In this document: positions 9,154-17,915 of the stretch, one piece after another
Layout of the letters: each line of letters begins with the position of its first letter
How positions within the stretch are numbered: position 1 is the stretch's first letter
Assembly: GCA_050944685.1 (NCBI GenBank)
Contig: JBMNRP010000013.1
Span: 496-64,495, forward strand
DNA length: 64,000 bases
Reading direction: 5' to 3'
From: Bilifractor sp.
GTDB taxonomy: Bacteria > Bacillota > Clostridia > Lachnospirales > Lachnospiraceae
Translations under genes and position numbers: made by a program
Notes under the pieces: generated by a model
What the model was told of the DNA's origin: nothing
Database searches by the model: none
The model's input: the letters and a program-made list of their open reading frames with translations, nothing else

Positions 9154-10296
9154 TCAGTCGAGATCCACCCAGACATTGCCCCGTCGATTGCTCTCGAGGC
9201 AGGCATCCACGAATTTCAGACCGCGGACTCCGTCCGAGACAGTGGGATAAGGGAACGAACCGACGTCGACACCGTATTTCTTCCGCAGAAGATCGGCACA
9301 GTAGCCCCGGTAAATATTGCCGAAGGATTCGAAGAAACCTTCGGGGTGGCCGGATGGAAGCCGGGAAAGATCCCGGGCTCCTTTTGTGTCGTAGTCTCTG
9401 GTCGGCGTGTAGATGCGCGGCGGCTCGTTGATTTTCGTTACTTTCAGAACGGCAGGCTCTCTGTGCTGCCATTCGATGGCGCCCTTATCGCCGAACACGC
9501 GGATCAGAAGATCTGTCTCGTGTCCGATCGCTACCTGCGAAGTCCAAATCATCCCTGAAATATCGTGGTCGAATTTTACCATAATCTGGACGTTGTTTTC
9601 AAGAGGCAAATCTGCGGATTTCGGGAGCCTTTCAAAACGGGCCAGAACACTTTTGGTTTCCAGTCCGGTCATTTTTGCGATCAGACACTCGACGTGCGTT
9701 CCGATATCCGCGCAGCATCCGGACGGGCCGCTCCGCTTCGGATCCATGCGCCAGGTCGCCTGATCCGAGTGATCGCTGACCATCTGGACCAGCAGCCATT
9801 CCTGCGGATATTCGGCGACAACCGTGAGGATATTGCCGATTTCTCCGGCGTCAATCATATCCCTCGCCTGTTTGATCATGGCGTAGCCCGTGTAAGTGTA
9901 GGTAACTCCGAACTGCAGACCTGAATCCGCCGCCAGTTTTTCCAGTTCCAGCCCCTCTTCCGTTTTCAGCGCGAGCGGCTTGTCGCACATTACGTTAATT
10001 CCGTGCTCCAGAAAGCACTTCGCGATCGGATAGTGGGAGTCATTTGGTGTGGCGATCGAGACAAAGTCAATTCCGTCCTTCCGGGCCGCTTCTTTTTCAG
10101 CCATCTCCCGGTAATCCGGGTAGATCCGGCTCGGGTCGGATATTCCCCAGTCTTCCGCGTATTTCCGGCTTTTTTCAATATTTCTGGAGAAGCATCCGGC
10201 GGTCAGAACCGCAAGATCATCCATAACAGCTCCGTGGCGATGGACATTGCCGATAAAGCCGCCTGCTCCGCCGACCATCCCGAATTTCAATTTCAT
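9154..10296 (-). CDS. Gfo/Idh/MocA-family NAD(P)-dependent oxidoreductase
   Basis: 380 aa. N-terminal Rossmann GMVGGAGGFIG, then ATPNDSHY and CDKP motifs. AGGAGG 8 nt upstream. Confidence 0.85.
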   Translation of the reverse strand: MKLKFGMVGGAGGFIGNVHRHGAVMDDLAVLTAGCFSRNIEKSRKYAEDWGISDPSRIYPDYREMAEKEAARKDGIDFVSIATPNDSHYPIAKCFLEHGINVMCDKPLALKTEEGLELEKLAADSGLQFGVTYTYTGYAMIKQARDMIDAGEIGNILTVVAEYPQEWLLVQMVSDHSDQATWRMDPKRSGPSGCCADIGTHVECLIAKMTGLETKSVLARFERLPKSADLPLENNVQIMVKFDHDISGMIWTSQVAIGHETDLLIRVFGDKGAIEWQHREPAVLKVTKINEPPRIYTPTRDYDTKGARDLSRLPSGHPEGFFESFGNIYRGYCADLLRKKYGVDVGSFPYPTVSDGVRGLKFVDACLESNRRGNVWVDLD

Positions 10297-10498
10297 CTAA
10301 AAAACCTCCTGATAATCTGTCAACAATTCCCGGAAACTCTCTGTTTGTAATACATTTTGTAATATATTTTACAGGAATGAGAGACCTTTTTCAACGCAGT
10401 TTTCGGATCGGTGCATGGACCGGGCTCCGTTTCTCTTTATAAGCTTTACCAGGAATTTTCAGACATTTTACACATGACGATACAATCCCCGCTATAAT

Positions 10499-11179
10499 AT
10501 GAAGAAGATAATAAAACGGATCATATCGGAGACTGCGCAGATGAGAGCGAAAGGAAATATGACAGCAGAAAATAATCCCGGAACAGAGAAAAGAAAAAAT
10601 AAAAAAGGAATTCTTTTTGGGATTATCCTGCTCGCATTCATTGTGGTGCCGATAATCGGTTCTTTTCTGGATATTTTTGTATCCGCGTATTCGGGCTACT
10701 GGTTCCGGGTCGTGGCGTTTACCGCGGGTTTTGCCGTCGCGGCCTTTTTCTGGATCGTCTTCGGGCGGTGGTATCGGAAGATTAAACAGAAAGCGATGGA
10801 GCACGGAAGTGCACCGAACCCGGCTATGAGAAAAACCCTGCTTGTTATTGCTGCCATCGGAGCGGTCGGAACAGTATTGCTGGCTGTGTACAGTTCTGAT
10901 TATTTCAGAGATATTCCCTATGCGAAAAATCCGAAATCGGCCGTGCTGACGAATGTCGCACTGGATCGGGATGAGTACACCGACAGTGAAGGAGATGAGG
11001 TAACCGACTATTACATATCCGGAACAGATCAGGATGGAGACAGAAAGAAATTCAAGGTGGACGTGGGAGATTATCTGGACTGCAAGGATGCCAGAAGCGG
11101 GACGGATTCGGAGCATTTCAGTGTGGTAATTCAGTATCTGCCGCATTCACACACCATCTTGTCGGTCTCGTGCGAGTGA
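10499..11179 (+). CDS. hypothetical membrane protein (3 predicted TM helices)
   Basis: ORF with hydrophobic segments ILFGIILLAFIVVPIIGSF, VVAFTAGFAVAAFFWIVF and LLVIAAIGAVGTVLLAVY. ATG 10499 has no SD and abuts a TATAAT. The in-frame ATG 10541 has GGAGA 8 nt upstream and is the likelier start. Confidence 0.6.
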   Translation: MKKIIKRIISETAQMRAKGNMTAENNPGTEKRKNKKGILFGIILLAFIVVPIIGSFLDIFVSAYSGYWFRVVAFTAGFAVAAFFWIVFGRWYRKIKQKAMEHGSAPNPAMRKTLLVIAAIGAVGTVLLAVYSSDYFRDIPYAKNPKSAVLTNVALDRDEYTDSEGDEVTDYYISGTDQDGDRKKFKVDVGDYLDCKDARSGTDSEHFSVVIQYLPHSHTILSVSCE

Positions 11180-11252
11180 ATTGCCGCCTCTTTCGTCATT
11201 GCCATATTCCCGGCCGGAGAACCTATGGGAGCAAATGGCATGATTACACCGG

Positions 11253-11302
11253 AAAAAAAGAGTGCCCTTCGTTACTGTTACGGCAGTACGGGAGCGGCAC
11301 TC
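11253..11302 (-). terminator. intrinsic terminator after the kinase-dead hybrid HK gene
   Basis: Minus strand: GAGTGCC...(nested hairpin)...GGCACTC followed by TTTTTTT, 15 nt after the stop at 11317. Confidence 0.55.
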
Positions 11303-11316
11303 AAAGCATTCTTCCC

Positions 11317-12948
11317 TTATTGACCGGACGGCGTCTGATTTTTCAGCGCTTCGGAAAGGGCCGCATACAGGCGGTCGGGCTCGATCGGCTTGACGAGGTG
11401 GGCGTTCATGCCTACGCGGAAGCTTTCTTCGTAGTTCTCGCGGAAAGCGTTTGCAGTCATGGCGATGATCGGAACGGTTTTTGCGTTCGGATAATCGCGC
11501 ATGTCGCGGATACGGCGAGTTGCTTCCAGACCGTCCATCACCGGCATCAGAATATCCATCAGAATCACGTCAAAGTTTCCGTTGTCCGCACGGAAACAGT
11601 CGATCGCTTCCTGACCGTTCATGGCGGTTACAACATCCATACCCTTGCTGAAGAGCAGTTTTTCTCCGATCTCCAGATTGATTTCATTGTCATCGACGAG
11701 CAGAACCCGCTTTCCGGTCAGATCCGGTATTCCCTCGGATTCGTCGGTTTCCTGCTGCGTCGGGTACCGGGGCTGCTCATCCGCGAGAGGCATCGTCAGC
11801 ACGCAGGAGATGCGGGTGCCTCTGGTCTCGTCGGATTCGGCGGTCAGTGTATTGGCGCCCATGGCGAGCATGTAGCTTTTCAGAATAATCAGATCGATGT
11901 CGAGAGAACTCAGGTCGTCCTCGATTTTGTCGCGCACATAGTCATACGGACGGAACAGAGACTGCAGACGCTCCTGGTCAATCACGATACCGCGGCTCTC
12001 GACCGCGAACTCCAGGGTGACCGCTCCGCGGCTGCGGAAGAGTTCCCGGGATGTCAGGGTGATGCGGCCTCCCTTTACGGTGTAGCTGATGGCACTTTGA
12101 AGCAGCTTGACGATGATCTGCTGCAGGCAGTGCGGATCCGCTATCACGGAGAGAGTGGAGACCCGGTCGGTTTCTCTCGAAAACAGCAGGCCTTTTTCAT
12201 AGATGGTCGGCTGGATGATGCTGTCTATTCTGCGGAACAGATCGCGCAGCAGGGTTTCTTCCGGATTCAGCGTGATCTCGTGCTTCGAGATCCGGCGCAG
12301 ATCGAGCACGTCGTCGATCGTCGAACTCATATACGTTCCGGACATGGATATTTTGTGGAGATATGCCTCGATGGCGGTGTTCTCGTGAGGATCTTCCTCC
12401 TGCGCGATGCGCGTCAGTCCCATGATGGAATAAAGAGGTGTCCGGATATTCCGGCTGAGCATTTTCAGGAAAGTATTTTTTTCGTCGATCTCCGCGTTTG
12501 CCTTTCTGAGCGCATTTTCCAGGCGCTCTGAGTAGCGGGCCGCTTCCTGGAAGGCATCCGAAATGTCACTGATTCCGGCGATAACCTCTTCGTTATTCAG
12601 TTTATAAAAAGCCATTTTTTTCAGTTCCAGGGAGCCGGTTTTTCCTCGCATGATAACGTTCGTCTGGTACAGACTTTTATCATCCAGTTCTTTTTCGATG
12701 TTCTCCAGTGAGAGACGGTGAATTACCTCGTCCGGGTCCGAGTCAGCAGACATGTCCATGATGTATTTTTTAATCATCGTGTCATAGTCAAAGCGAATGC
12801 CGCCCGTTGTTTTCCAGATGGAATCGGTTGCGAACACCGTCTGAGCGGAACCTGTCAGAATATCTACTTTCAGCAAATCGTCAAATTCGTTGTTAACGAA
12901 AACATCGAACAGATTTTCTTTTTCCTCAGGTGTCAGATGCCATGTCAT
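11317..12948 (-). CDS. hybrid histidine-kinase-like protein with degenerate kinase core and intact receiver domain
   Basis: First ATG is at 12948 (the ORF-track start 12987 is TTG). DHp-like FLKMLSRNIRTPL (Arg where the phospho-His sits). N box LLQSAISYT, G1 ESRGIVI and G2 LSSLDIDL are all degenerate. The C-terminal REC looks canonical (LLVDDNEIN, ILMDILMP, IIAMTANA, HLVKP). Confidence 0.85.
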   Translation of the reverse strand: MTWHLTPEEKENLFDVFVNNEFDDLLKVDILTGSAQTVFATDSIWKTTGGIRFDYDTMIKKYIMDMSADSDPDEVIHRLSLENIEKELDDKSLYQTNVIMRGKTGSLELKKMAFYKLNNEEVIAGISDISDAFQEAARYSERLENALRKANAEIDEKNTFLKMLSRNIRTPLYSIMGLTRIAQEEDPHENTAIEAYLHKISMSGTYMSSTIDDVLDLRRISKHEITLNPEETLLRDLFRRIDSIIQPTIYEKGLLFSRETDRVSTLSVIADPHCLQQIIVKLLQSAISYTVKGGRITLTSRELFRSRGAVTLEFAVESRGIVIDQERLQSLFRPYDYVRDKIEDDLSSLDIDLIILKSYMLAMGANTLTAESDETRGTRISCVLTMPLADEQPRYPTQQETDESEGIPDLTGKRVLLVDDNEINLEIGEKLLFSKGMDVVTAMNGQEAIDCFRADNGNFDVILMDILMPVMDGLEATRRIRDMRDYPNAKTVPIIAMTANAFRENYEESFRVGMNAHLVKPIEPDRLYAALSEALKNQTPSGQ

Positions 12949-13342
12949 TTTTTGTCGCCTCTGTGATCCATTCTTAAAAGTGAACAAGCAGTTGGTGCGT
13001 CTGTATCCGGCGGATGAAAATCACAGGGATTCCGCCGGCATAGTTGATTATAGCATACGGCAAAATTGCTTGTAAATATGGGAGGATGACTATTTTATTT
13101 CTGAAAAATGACCGCCGGTCCGATTTTGAAAAGGGTACTATTTGTTTGACGCCTCAATTGATCGTGTATTAAATTCAAAACGATCCGTTTTTTTGCTTGA
13201 ATAGTAATAATTTACTTTTATTTCCGGATGTAATTCGTTAAAATAGAAAATAACATTCAAATGAAAAACCGGGAGGAATGCTTTTCAATGTACTTCTGAC
13301 CGGTTTCTTGTTTTCGTTCCTGCTCGATTATGGAGGGATGGT

Positions 13343-16300
13343 ATGTATCAGTCAAATTCAGTTGCTGTCAGTGTACAGCCGACGTGTGTGGTCGGCATCG
13401 GTGCTTCGGCCGGCGGTCTGGAGGCGCTGCAGGAATTTCTGACTTTTCTTCCGTCCAATACCGGGATGGCCTTTGTTATCATTCAGCATCTGGCGCCGGA
13501 TCACAAGAGTCTTCTCGCCGAGATCCTCAGCAAGTACAGTTCCATGCCGGTGACGGAGATTCAGGACGGCATGTCTGTGGAGCGGAATCATATTTATATG
13601 ATTCCCCCCAAATATAATGTAGAGATTATTTCGGACGTTCTGCGTCTGCGGGAGTACGATTCGAGGGCAATCAACCATCCGATCGATGTATTTTTCCGCT
13701 CGCTGGCGGCGGCCTACGAGAACCGTGCCGTCGCGGTTATTCTGTCCGGAACCGGTTCGGATGGCACGAACGGGATCCGCTCCATCAAGGAGCAGAACGG
13801 TGTGATCATTGTCCAGTCGCCGGAATCCGCGAAGTTTGACGGGATGCCGCGGAATGCCATCTCGACCGGCTTTGTCGATCTCATTCAGAAGCCGGATTCC
13901 ATTGCCCGCGAGCTGGGGCACATCGCGGCCTCCATGACGGACGCGAGCGCGCGGTATCTGCTGTCCGACCAGGACCTGATGTCGCAGGTGTTTTCGATCC
14001 TGAAGAATGTCACGAACATCAATTATACGTATTATAAGAAAACGACCATTCTGCGCCGCATCGAGCGCAGGCTTGTCGTCACGCATAACCGGAACCTCCG
14101 GGAGTATGTCAACTACCTGAACAACAATCCGGAAGAGGCGAAGCTCCTCGCAAAGGAGGTTCTGATCGGCGTCACGAGCTTTTTCCGCGATCCCGACTAT
14201 TTTGAGGTCCTGAAAGAGAGCGTGATCCGCCCGCTGGTGCAGGACTCGCCCAGGGAAAAGCAGATCCGTGTCTGGGTCGCCGGGTGCTCGACCGGTGAGG
14301 AGGCCTACTCGATCGCCATCCTTTTCGAGGAGGTGATGGAGGAACTGAATATCCACCGGGACGTGAAGATCTTCGCGACGGACCTCGACGCGGATTCCAT
14401 CGCTACGGCGGTCCGCGGAATTTACGGGGACAATATCATTGAGGATGTCTCGGTCTCCCGTCTCTCGCGGTTCTTCAGCCGCAAGGGAAACCGGTACGTC
14501 ATTCACCACGATATCCGGAAGATGATTATCTTTGCGCAGCACAACGTATTCCAGGATCCTCCTTTCGGGCGGCTGGATCTGATCAGCTGCCGGAATGTTC
14601 TGATCTACTTCCAGGCGGTTCTGCAGCGGAATCTGTTCGCTATTTTCCACATGGCGCTGAATGACCACGGCTATCTGTTCCTCGGCCGGTCCGAGTCGGT
14701 GATTGATTACGACGATGTGTTCCGCACCTTCTGCGGAAATGAAAAGATATTCATCCACAACCAGTCGGGTAAAGCGCCGTCGCACGAGCGCGTCAGTTAC
14801 TCGATGCAGAACGTCGAGCACAACATGGAGCCGATCGAGATCCGGCGCATGGAGGAAGACGCGGAGGTCCGCTACCAGGAGAGCGAGCTGGATACTTCGG
14901 TTCTGGAGACGCTGATGCCGTCGAGTGTCCTGGTCGATGAGAAAAATGAGATGACCAGGACCTACGGGGACTGTTCGAAGTTTCTCTCGATCCCGACAGG
15001 GGCCGCCACCCTTGACATTTTCAATCTTCTGCGGAACGATCTGAAGATCGCGGTTTCCACCGCTCTCCGGGATTCGCGGGAATTCGAGTCGAAGGTCAGC
15101 TACGATATGGTTCCGGTTCAGCTGGAGGACAAGCCGGAGTACATCTCCATCGTCGCCCAGCCGATCATGGACAAGCACGGGGAGAAGACGGATTACACCG
15201 CGATCTCCTTCCTCCGGGGGAAAAGAGAGATCTCCGGGGATATGAAGCGCTACCAGATCGACATCGCCGCTTCCCAGCGGATCTCGAATCTGGAGCATGA
15301 GCTGCGCGTGACCAAAGAGAGCCTGCGCCAGACCGTAACCGAGCTGGAGTCGGTCAATGCCGAACTGCAGGCGGCCAATGAGGAGCTGCTGACGGCCAAT
15401 GAGGAGCTGCAGTCCTCGAATGAGGAGCTGCAGTCGGTCAATGAGGAGCTTTACACGGTCAATTCCGAGTATCAGTCAAAGGTTTCCGAACTCGCCGGTC
15501 TCAATGACGATATGGCCAATTTCCTCTCCACCACGCTGGTTGGCATCCTGATGGTGGACAAGGATCTCAATATCCGGAAATTTACGGAATATATTTCTAC
15601 GGAGTTCAACGTCGTGGATCAGGACGTGGGACGGTCGCTGCGCTATATCACGTATAATTTTGCGACCATTGACCTTATTGCCCTGTGCCGGAGCGTTCTG
15701 GAATCGATGGAGCCTATCGAGCAGCACTGCGCGTCGGTTTCCGGAAAAACCTACCTGATCCGGATTGCCCCCTACGTCGTGCATGAGAATGCGGTGAAAC
15801 AGCAGGAAACGGGTAGCGGGGAAATCTCAAAAGAGAATCTCCGGGGGCTGGTCATTACCTTCGTAGACACGACGAAGCAGATCGACGATCAGGAGCAGAT
15901 CGAGGAAATGGCGAAAGCGCTGCGGCTGGCGGTAAAATCCAGTCAGGAGAAGGAGACATTCCTCTCTCATATGTCGCATGACATGCGCACGCCGATGACC
16001 GCCATTTCCGGTCTGACAGAGCTGAGCCTGAACGAGCCGGATCTTCCGGAGACGGTCCGTGACAATCTGGAGAAGATAGAGACCGCCAGCAAGTATCTGA
16101 TCGACCTGATCGAGGAAATTCTGGAAATGAGCCGCATCAACGCCGGCAAGATTGTTTCCGTGAGCTCGGCGGTGGTCGAGGATATGGTTCTGAATTCGGT
16201 GTCCGCGATCATCGGAGAGCAGGCGCGGGGCATGGGAATTCATTTTTCGGTCGCTGTTCACGGGTCAAAGGGGCGCTATGTTCTGATGGACGCGCGCCAT

Positions 16301-17182
16301 GTTGAGCGGGTGCTGATGAATCTGCTCTCGAACAGTCTGAAATTTACTCCGGAGGGAGGATCGGTCCTGCTCGACGCTACGATGCATTATGAAGACGGAA
16401 GGGCGCTTCACACGTACGTGGTCAAGGACAACGGAGTGGGTATCAGCGAAACCTTCCAGAAGAGGATGTTCCTTCCGTTCGAGCAGGAAAACACCGACGG
16501 AGGTTATCACGAGGGGACCGGCCTCGGACTTTATATCGTGAAAAGTCTGGTAGAGCTGCTCGGCGGCACGATCGAATGCGAGAGCGTCATGGGTCGGGGC
16601 ACGACGTTTACGGTCCGTCTGTCCTATGAGCTGGCAACCGATGAGCAGGTGCAGCTTCAGACGCACCGCACAGGTACATTTGAGGACCAGGTTCTCTACG
16701 GAAAAAATATACTTCTGGCGGAGGACAATCAGATTAACGCCGAGGTAATCATCAAGCTCCTGGGAACGAAGGGCATCCACGCGGAGCTCGCGAGCGACGG
16801 ACAGGAGGCGGTCGATCTCTTCCGGATGCAGGGACCGTACCATTATCAGGCGATTCTGATGGATCTGATGATGCCGGTTCTGGGCGGACTGGAAGCCGCG
16901 CAGGAGATTCGTTCTCTGAACAAGCCCGATGCGGAGAGTATTCCGATCATAGCCCTCACGGCGGATGTGACGGAGGATCTCGAGGAACGCTGCCAGAAGG
17001 CGGGCATCAATTACGCGGTCAGCAAGCCGATTGAACCGGCGAAGCTTTTCTCTCGCCTGGCGGAAGAATTCGAGCGTCAGATTCACGAATCCGACCGCGG
17101 TCAGGAAGACTGGAAGGGTGGGAAATATCCCGGTCAGGAAGAGAACAGCGCAGAAGCCTCAGAGGGCAGCAAGGCAGACTGA
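13343..17182 (+). CDS. CheB methylesterase - CheR methyltransferase - PAS/coiled-coil - HisKA - HATPase - receiver fusion protein
   Basis: 1279 aa, GGAGGG 5 nt upstream. CheB-like IGASAGGLEAL / IIQHLAPDH / SGTGSDGTNG. CheR-like VWVAGCSTGEEAYSIAILF. Heptad-like ELQAANEELLTANEELQSSNEELQSVNEEL. H box FLSHMSHDMRTPM, N box LLSNSLKFT, G1 DNGVGI, G2 GTGLGL. REC LLAEDNQIN / ILMDLMMP / IIALTADV / AVSKP. Confidence 0.92.
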   Translation: MYQSNSVAVSVQPTCVVGIGASAGGLEALQEFLTFLPSNTGMAFVIIQHLAPDHKSLLAEILSKYSSMPVTEIQDGMSVERNHIYMIPPKYNVEIISDVLRLREYDSRAINHPIDVFFRSLAAAYENRAVAVILSGTGSDGTNGIRSIKEQNGVIIVQSPESAKFDGMPRNAISTGFVDLIQKPDSIARELGHIAASMTDASARYLLSDQDLMSQVFSILKNVTNINYTYYKKTTILRRIERRLVVTHNRNLREYVNYLNNNPEEAKLLAKEVLIGVTSFFRDPDYFEVLKESVIRPLVQDSPREKQIRVWVAGCSTGEEAYSIAILFEEVMEELNIHRDVKIFATDLDADSIATAVRGIYGDNIIEDVSVSRLSRFFSRKGNRYVIHHDIRKMIIFAQHNVFQDPPFGRLDLISCRNVLIYFQAVLQRNLFAIFHMALNDHGYLFLGRSESVIDYDDVFRTFCGNEKIFIHNQSGKAPSHERVSYSMQNVEHNMEPIEIRRMEEDAEVRYQESELDTSVLETLMPSSVLVDEKNEMTRTYGDCSKFLSIPTGAATLDIFNLLRNDLKIAVSTALRDSREFESKVSYDMVPVQLEDKPEYISIVAQPIMDKHGEKTDYTAISFLRGKREISGDMKRYQIDIAASQRISNLEHELRVTKESLRQTVTELESVNAELQAANEELLTANEELQSSNEELQSVNEELYTVNSEYQSKVSELAGLNDDMANFLSTTLVGILMVDKDLNIRKFTEYISTEFNVVDQDVGRSLRYITYNFATIDLIALCRSVLESMEPIEQHCASVSGKTYLIRIAPYVVHENAVKQQETGSGEISKENLRGLVITFVDTTKQIDDQEQIEEMAKALRLAVKSSQEKETFLSHMSHDMRTPMTAISGLTELSLNEPDLPETVRDNLEKIETASKYLIDLIEEILEMSRINAGKIVSVSSAVVEDMVLNSVSAIIGEQARGMGIHFSVAVHGSKGRYVLMDARHVERVLMNLLSNSLKFTPEGGSVLLDATMHYEDGRALHTYVVKDNGVGISETFQKRMFLPFEQENTDGGYHEGTGLGLYIVKSLVELLGGTIECESVMGRGTTFTVRLSYELATDEQVQLQTHRTGTFEDQVLYGKNILLAEDNQINAEVIIKLLGTKGIHAELASDGQEAVDLFRMQGPYHYQAILMDLMMPVLGGLEAAQEIRSLNKPDAESIPIIALTADVTEDLEERCQKAGINYAVSKPIEPAKLFSRLAEEFERQIHESDRGQEDWKGGKYPGQEENSAEASEGSKAD

Positions 17183-17233
17183 ACGGGGGGAAGATTCAGC
17201 TGTCAGGAAGAAGAAACAAAAAAGGAGCAGACT

Positions 17234-17626
17234 TTGACAAAATTAATGAATCAGTTGAAGGCATGGGGCGCGGATCCGGATACCGCACTCGGAAGAATGA
17301 TGAACGATGACAATTTTTACGGAGAGATGCTCTCCCGGTTCGAGTCGGAGGAGAAGCTGAAGACCCTGAAAGATGTCGCGAGAAGAGATCCGAAGGAAGG
17401 GTTCCGCATGGCTCACGATCTCAAGGGGACGGCGGGTCTTCTCGGACTCACACCGCTTTACGACGCTGTCTCGATGGTTGTGGAGGATCTGCGGGGAGTC
17501 GGAGAAGAAACCGAAAAAGAACCGAAAAAGAGCATTGAAGAAGATCTTGTGGAGTATGAGACGCAGAGGCAGTTGTATTGCGATATGGTAAATGACTACC
17601 GCCGCCGCTCCGGAGAGACGGAATAA
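17234..17626 (+). CDS. histidine phosphotransfer (Hpt) domain protein
   Basis: 130 aa with the Hpt signature AHDLKGTAGLLGL. AGGAG lies 6 nt before TTG 17234 (alternative ATG at 17246). 51 nt downstream of the hybrid kinase. Confidence 0.8.
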   Translation: MTKLMNQLKAWGADPDTALGRMMNDDNFYGEMLSRFESEEKLKTLKDVARRDPKEGFRMAHDLKGTAGLLGLTPLYDAVSMVVEDLRGVGEETEKEPKKSIEEDLVEYETQRQLYCDMVNDYRRRSGETE

Positions 17627-17788
17627 TCATTTGGTTCCGGCATTCCGAATGGAGGAGAAATTCTTCAGGAGGACTGCCGGAATTTTTTTCCGGCCGGAAA
17701 TCAATCCATAAAACAGACAAAAATTTTGCTTTGAAATTAGCATATTCGCCAAATCGGTTAAGAAATATTTTACAAATTACCATTTTGT

Positions 17789-17817
17789 TTTACAAAAAAG
17801 GTCAACTTTTATATAAT
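17789..17817 (+). promoter_or_regulatory. sigma-A-type promoter of the sucrose operon (TTTACA-17-TATAAT)
   Basis: TTTACA (17789-17794), 17-nt spacer, TATAAT (17812-17817), about 100 nt upstream of the scrA ATG. Confidence 0.5.
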
Positions 17818-17915
17818 ATTTACGTTAAATTCTGGTACATCAGGAAAGGATGTGAGGCTTTATTGCGGATGTACGAGAATAAGTTATGGTATTGAAGTAG
17901 GACAGGAGGATTGGA

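Noticed and set aside
13160-13195. Hairpin GATCGT-N14-ACGATC followed by CGTTTTTTT in the divergent region between the two kinase genes. It looks like a small terminator or sRNA 3' end.
   Set aside because: The stem is only 6 bp with an AT-rich loop. No upstream plus-strand gene or convincing promoter would feed it. It lies where the promoters of the two divergent genes must be.
13358-15298. Very long ORFs antisense to well-supported genes. Examples: 13358-15298 (646 aa), 52572-55217 (881 aa), 58347-60569 (740 aa), 44927-46333, 48426-49931, 40160-41401, 29152-30723, 60674-62068, 288-1709, 3333-4721, 7100-8476, 11170-12531 and 36612-37715.
   Set aside because: Each lies opposite a gene with unmistakable family motifs. 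Their translations are R/G/P/H/D-rich with no recognisable domains, no SD-ATG context and no TM or signal logic. Stop-poor antisense frames are an expected by-product of GC-rich third-codon positions.
17818-17915. RAT/antiterminator-type control of the sucrose PTS leader. GTACATC (17835-17841) can pair alternatively with GATGT (17849-17853) or GATGTAC (17868-17874).
   Set aside because: There is no U-rich terminator between the promoter and scrA. The sequence does not resemble the SacY/LicT RAT consensus. No BglG-family antiterminator or LacI-type ScrR gene is in the window. Short alternative pairings of this size arise by chance.
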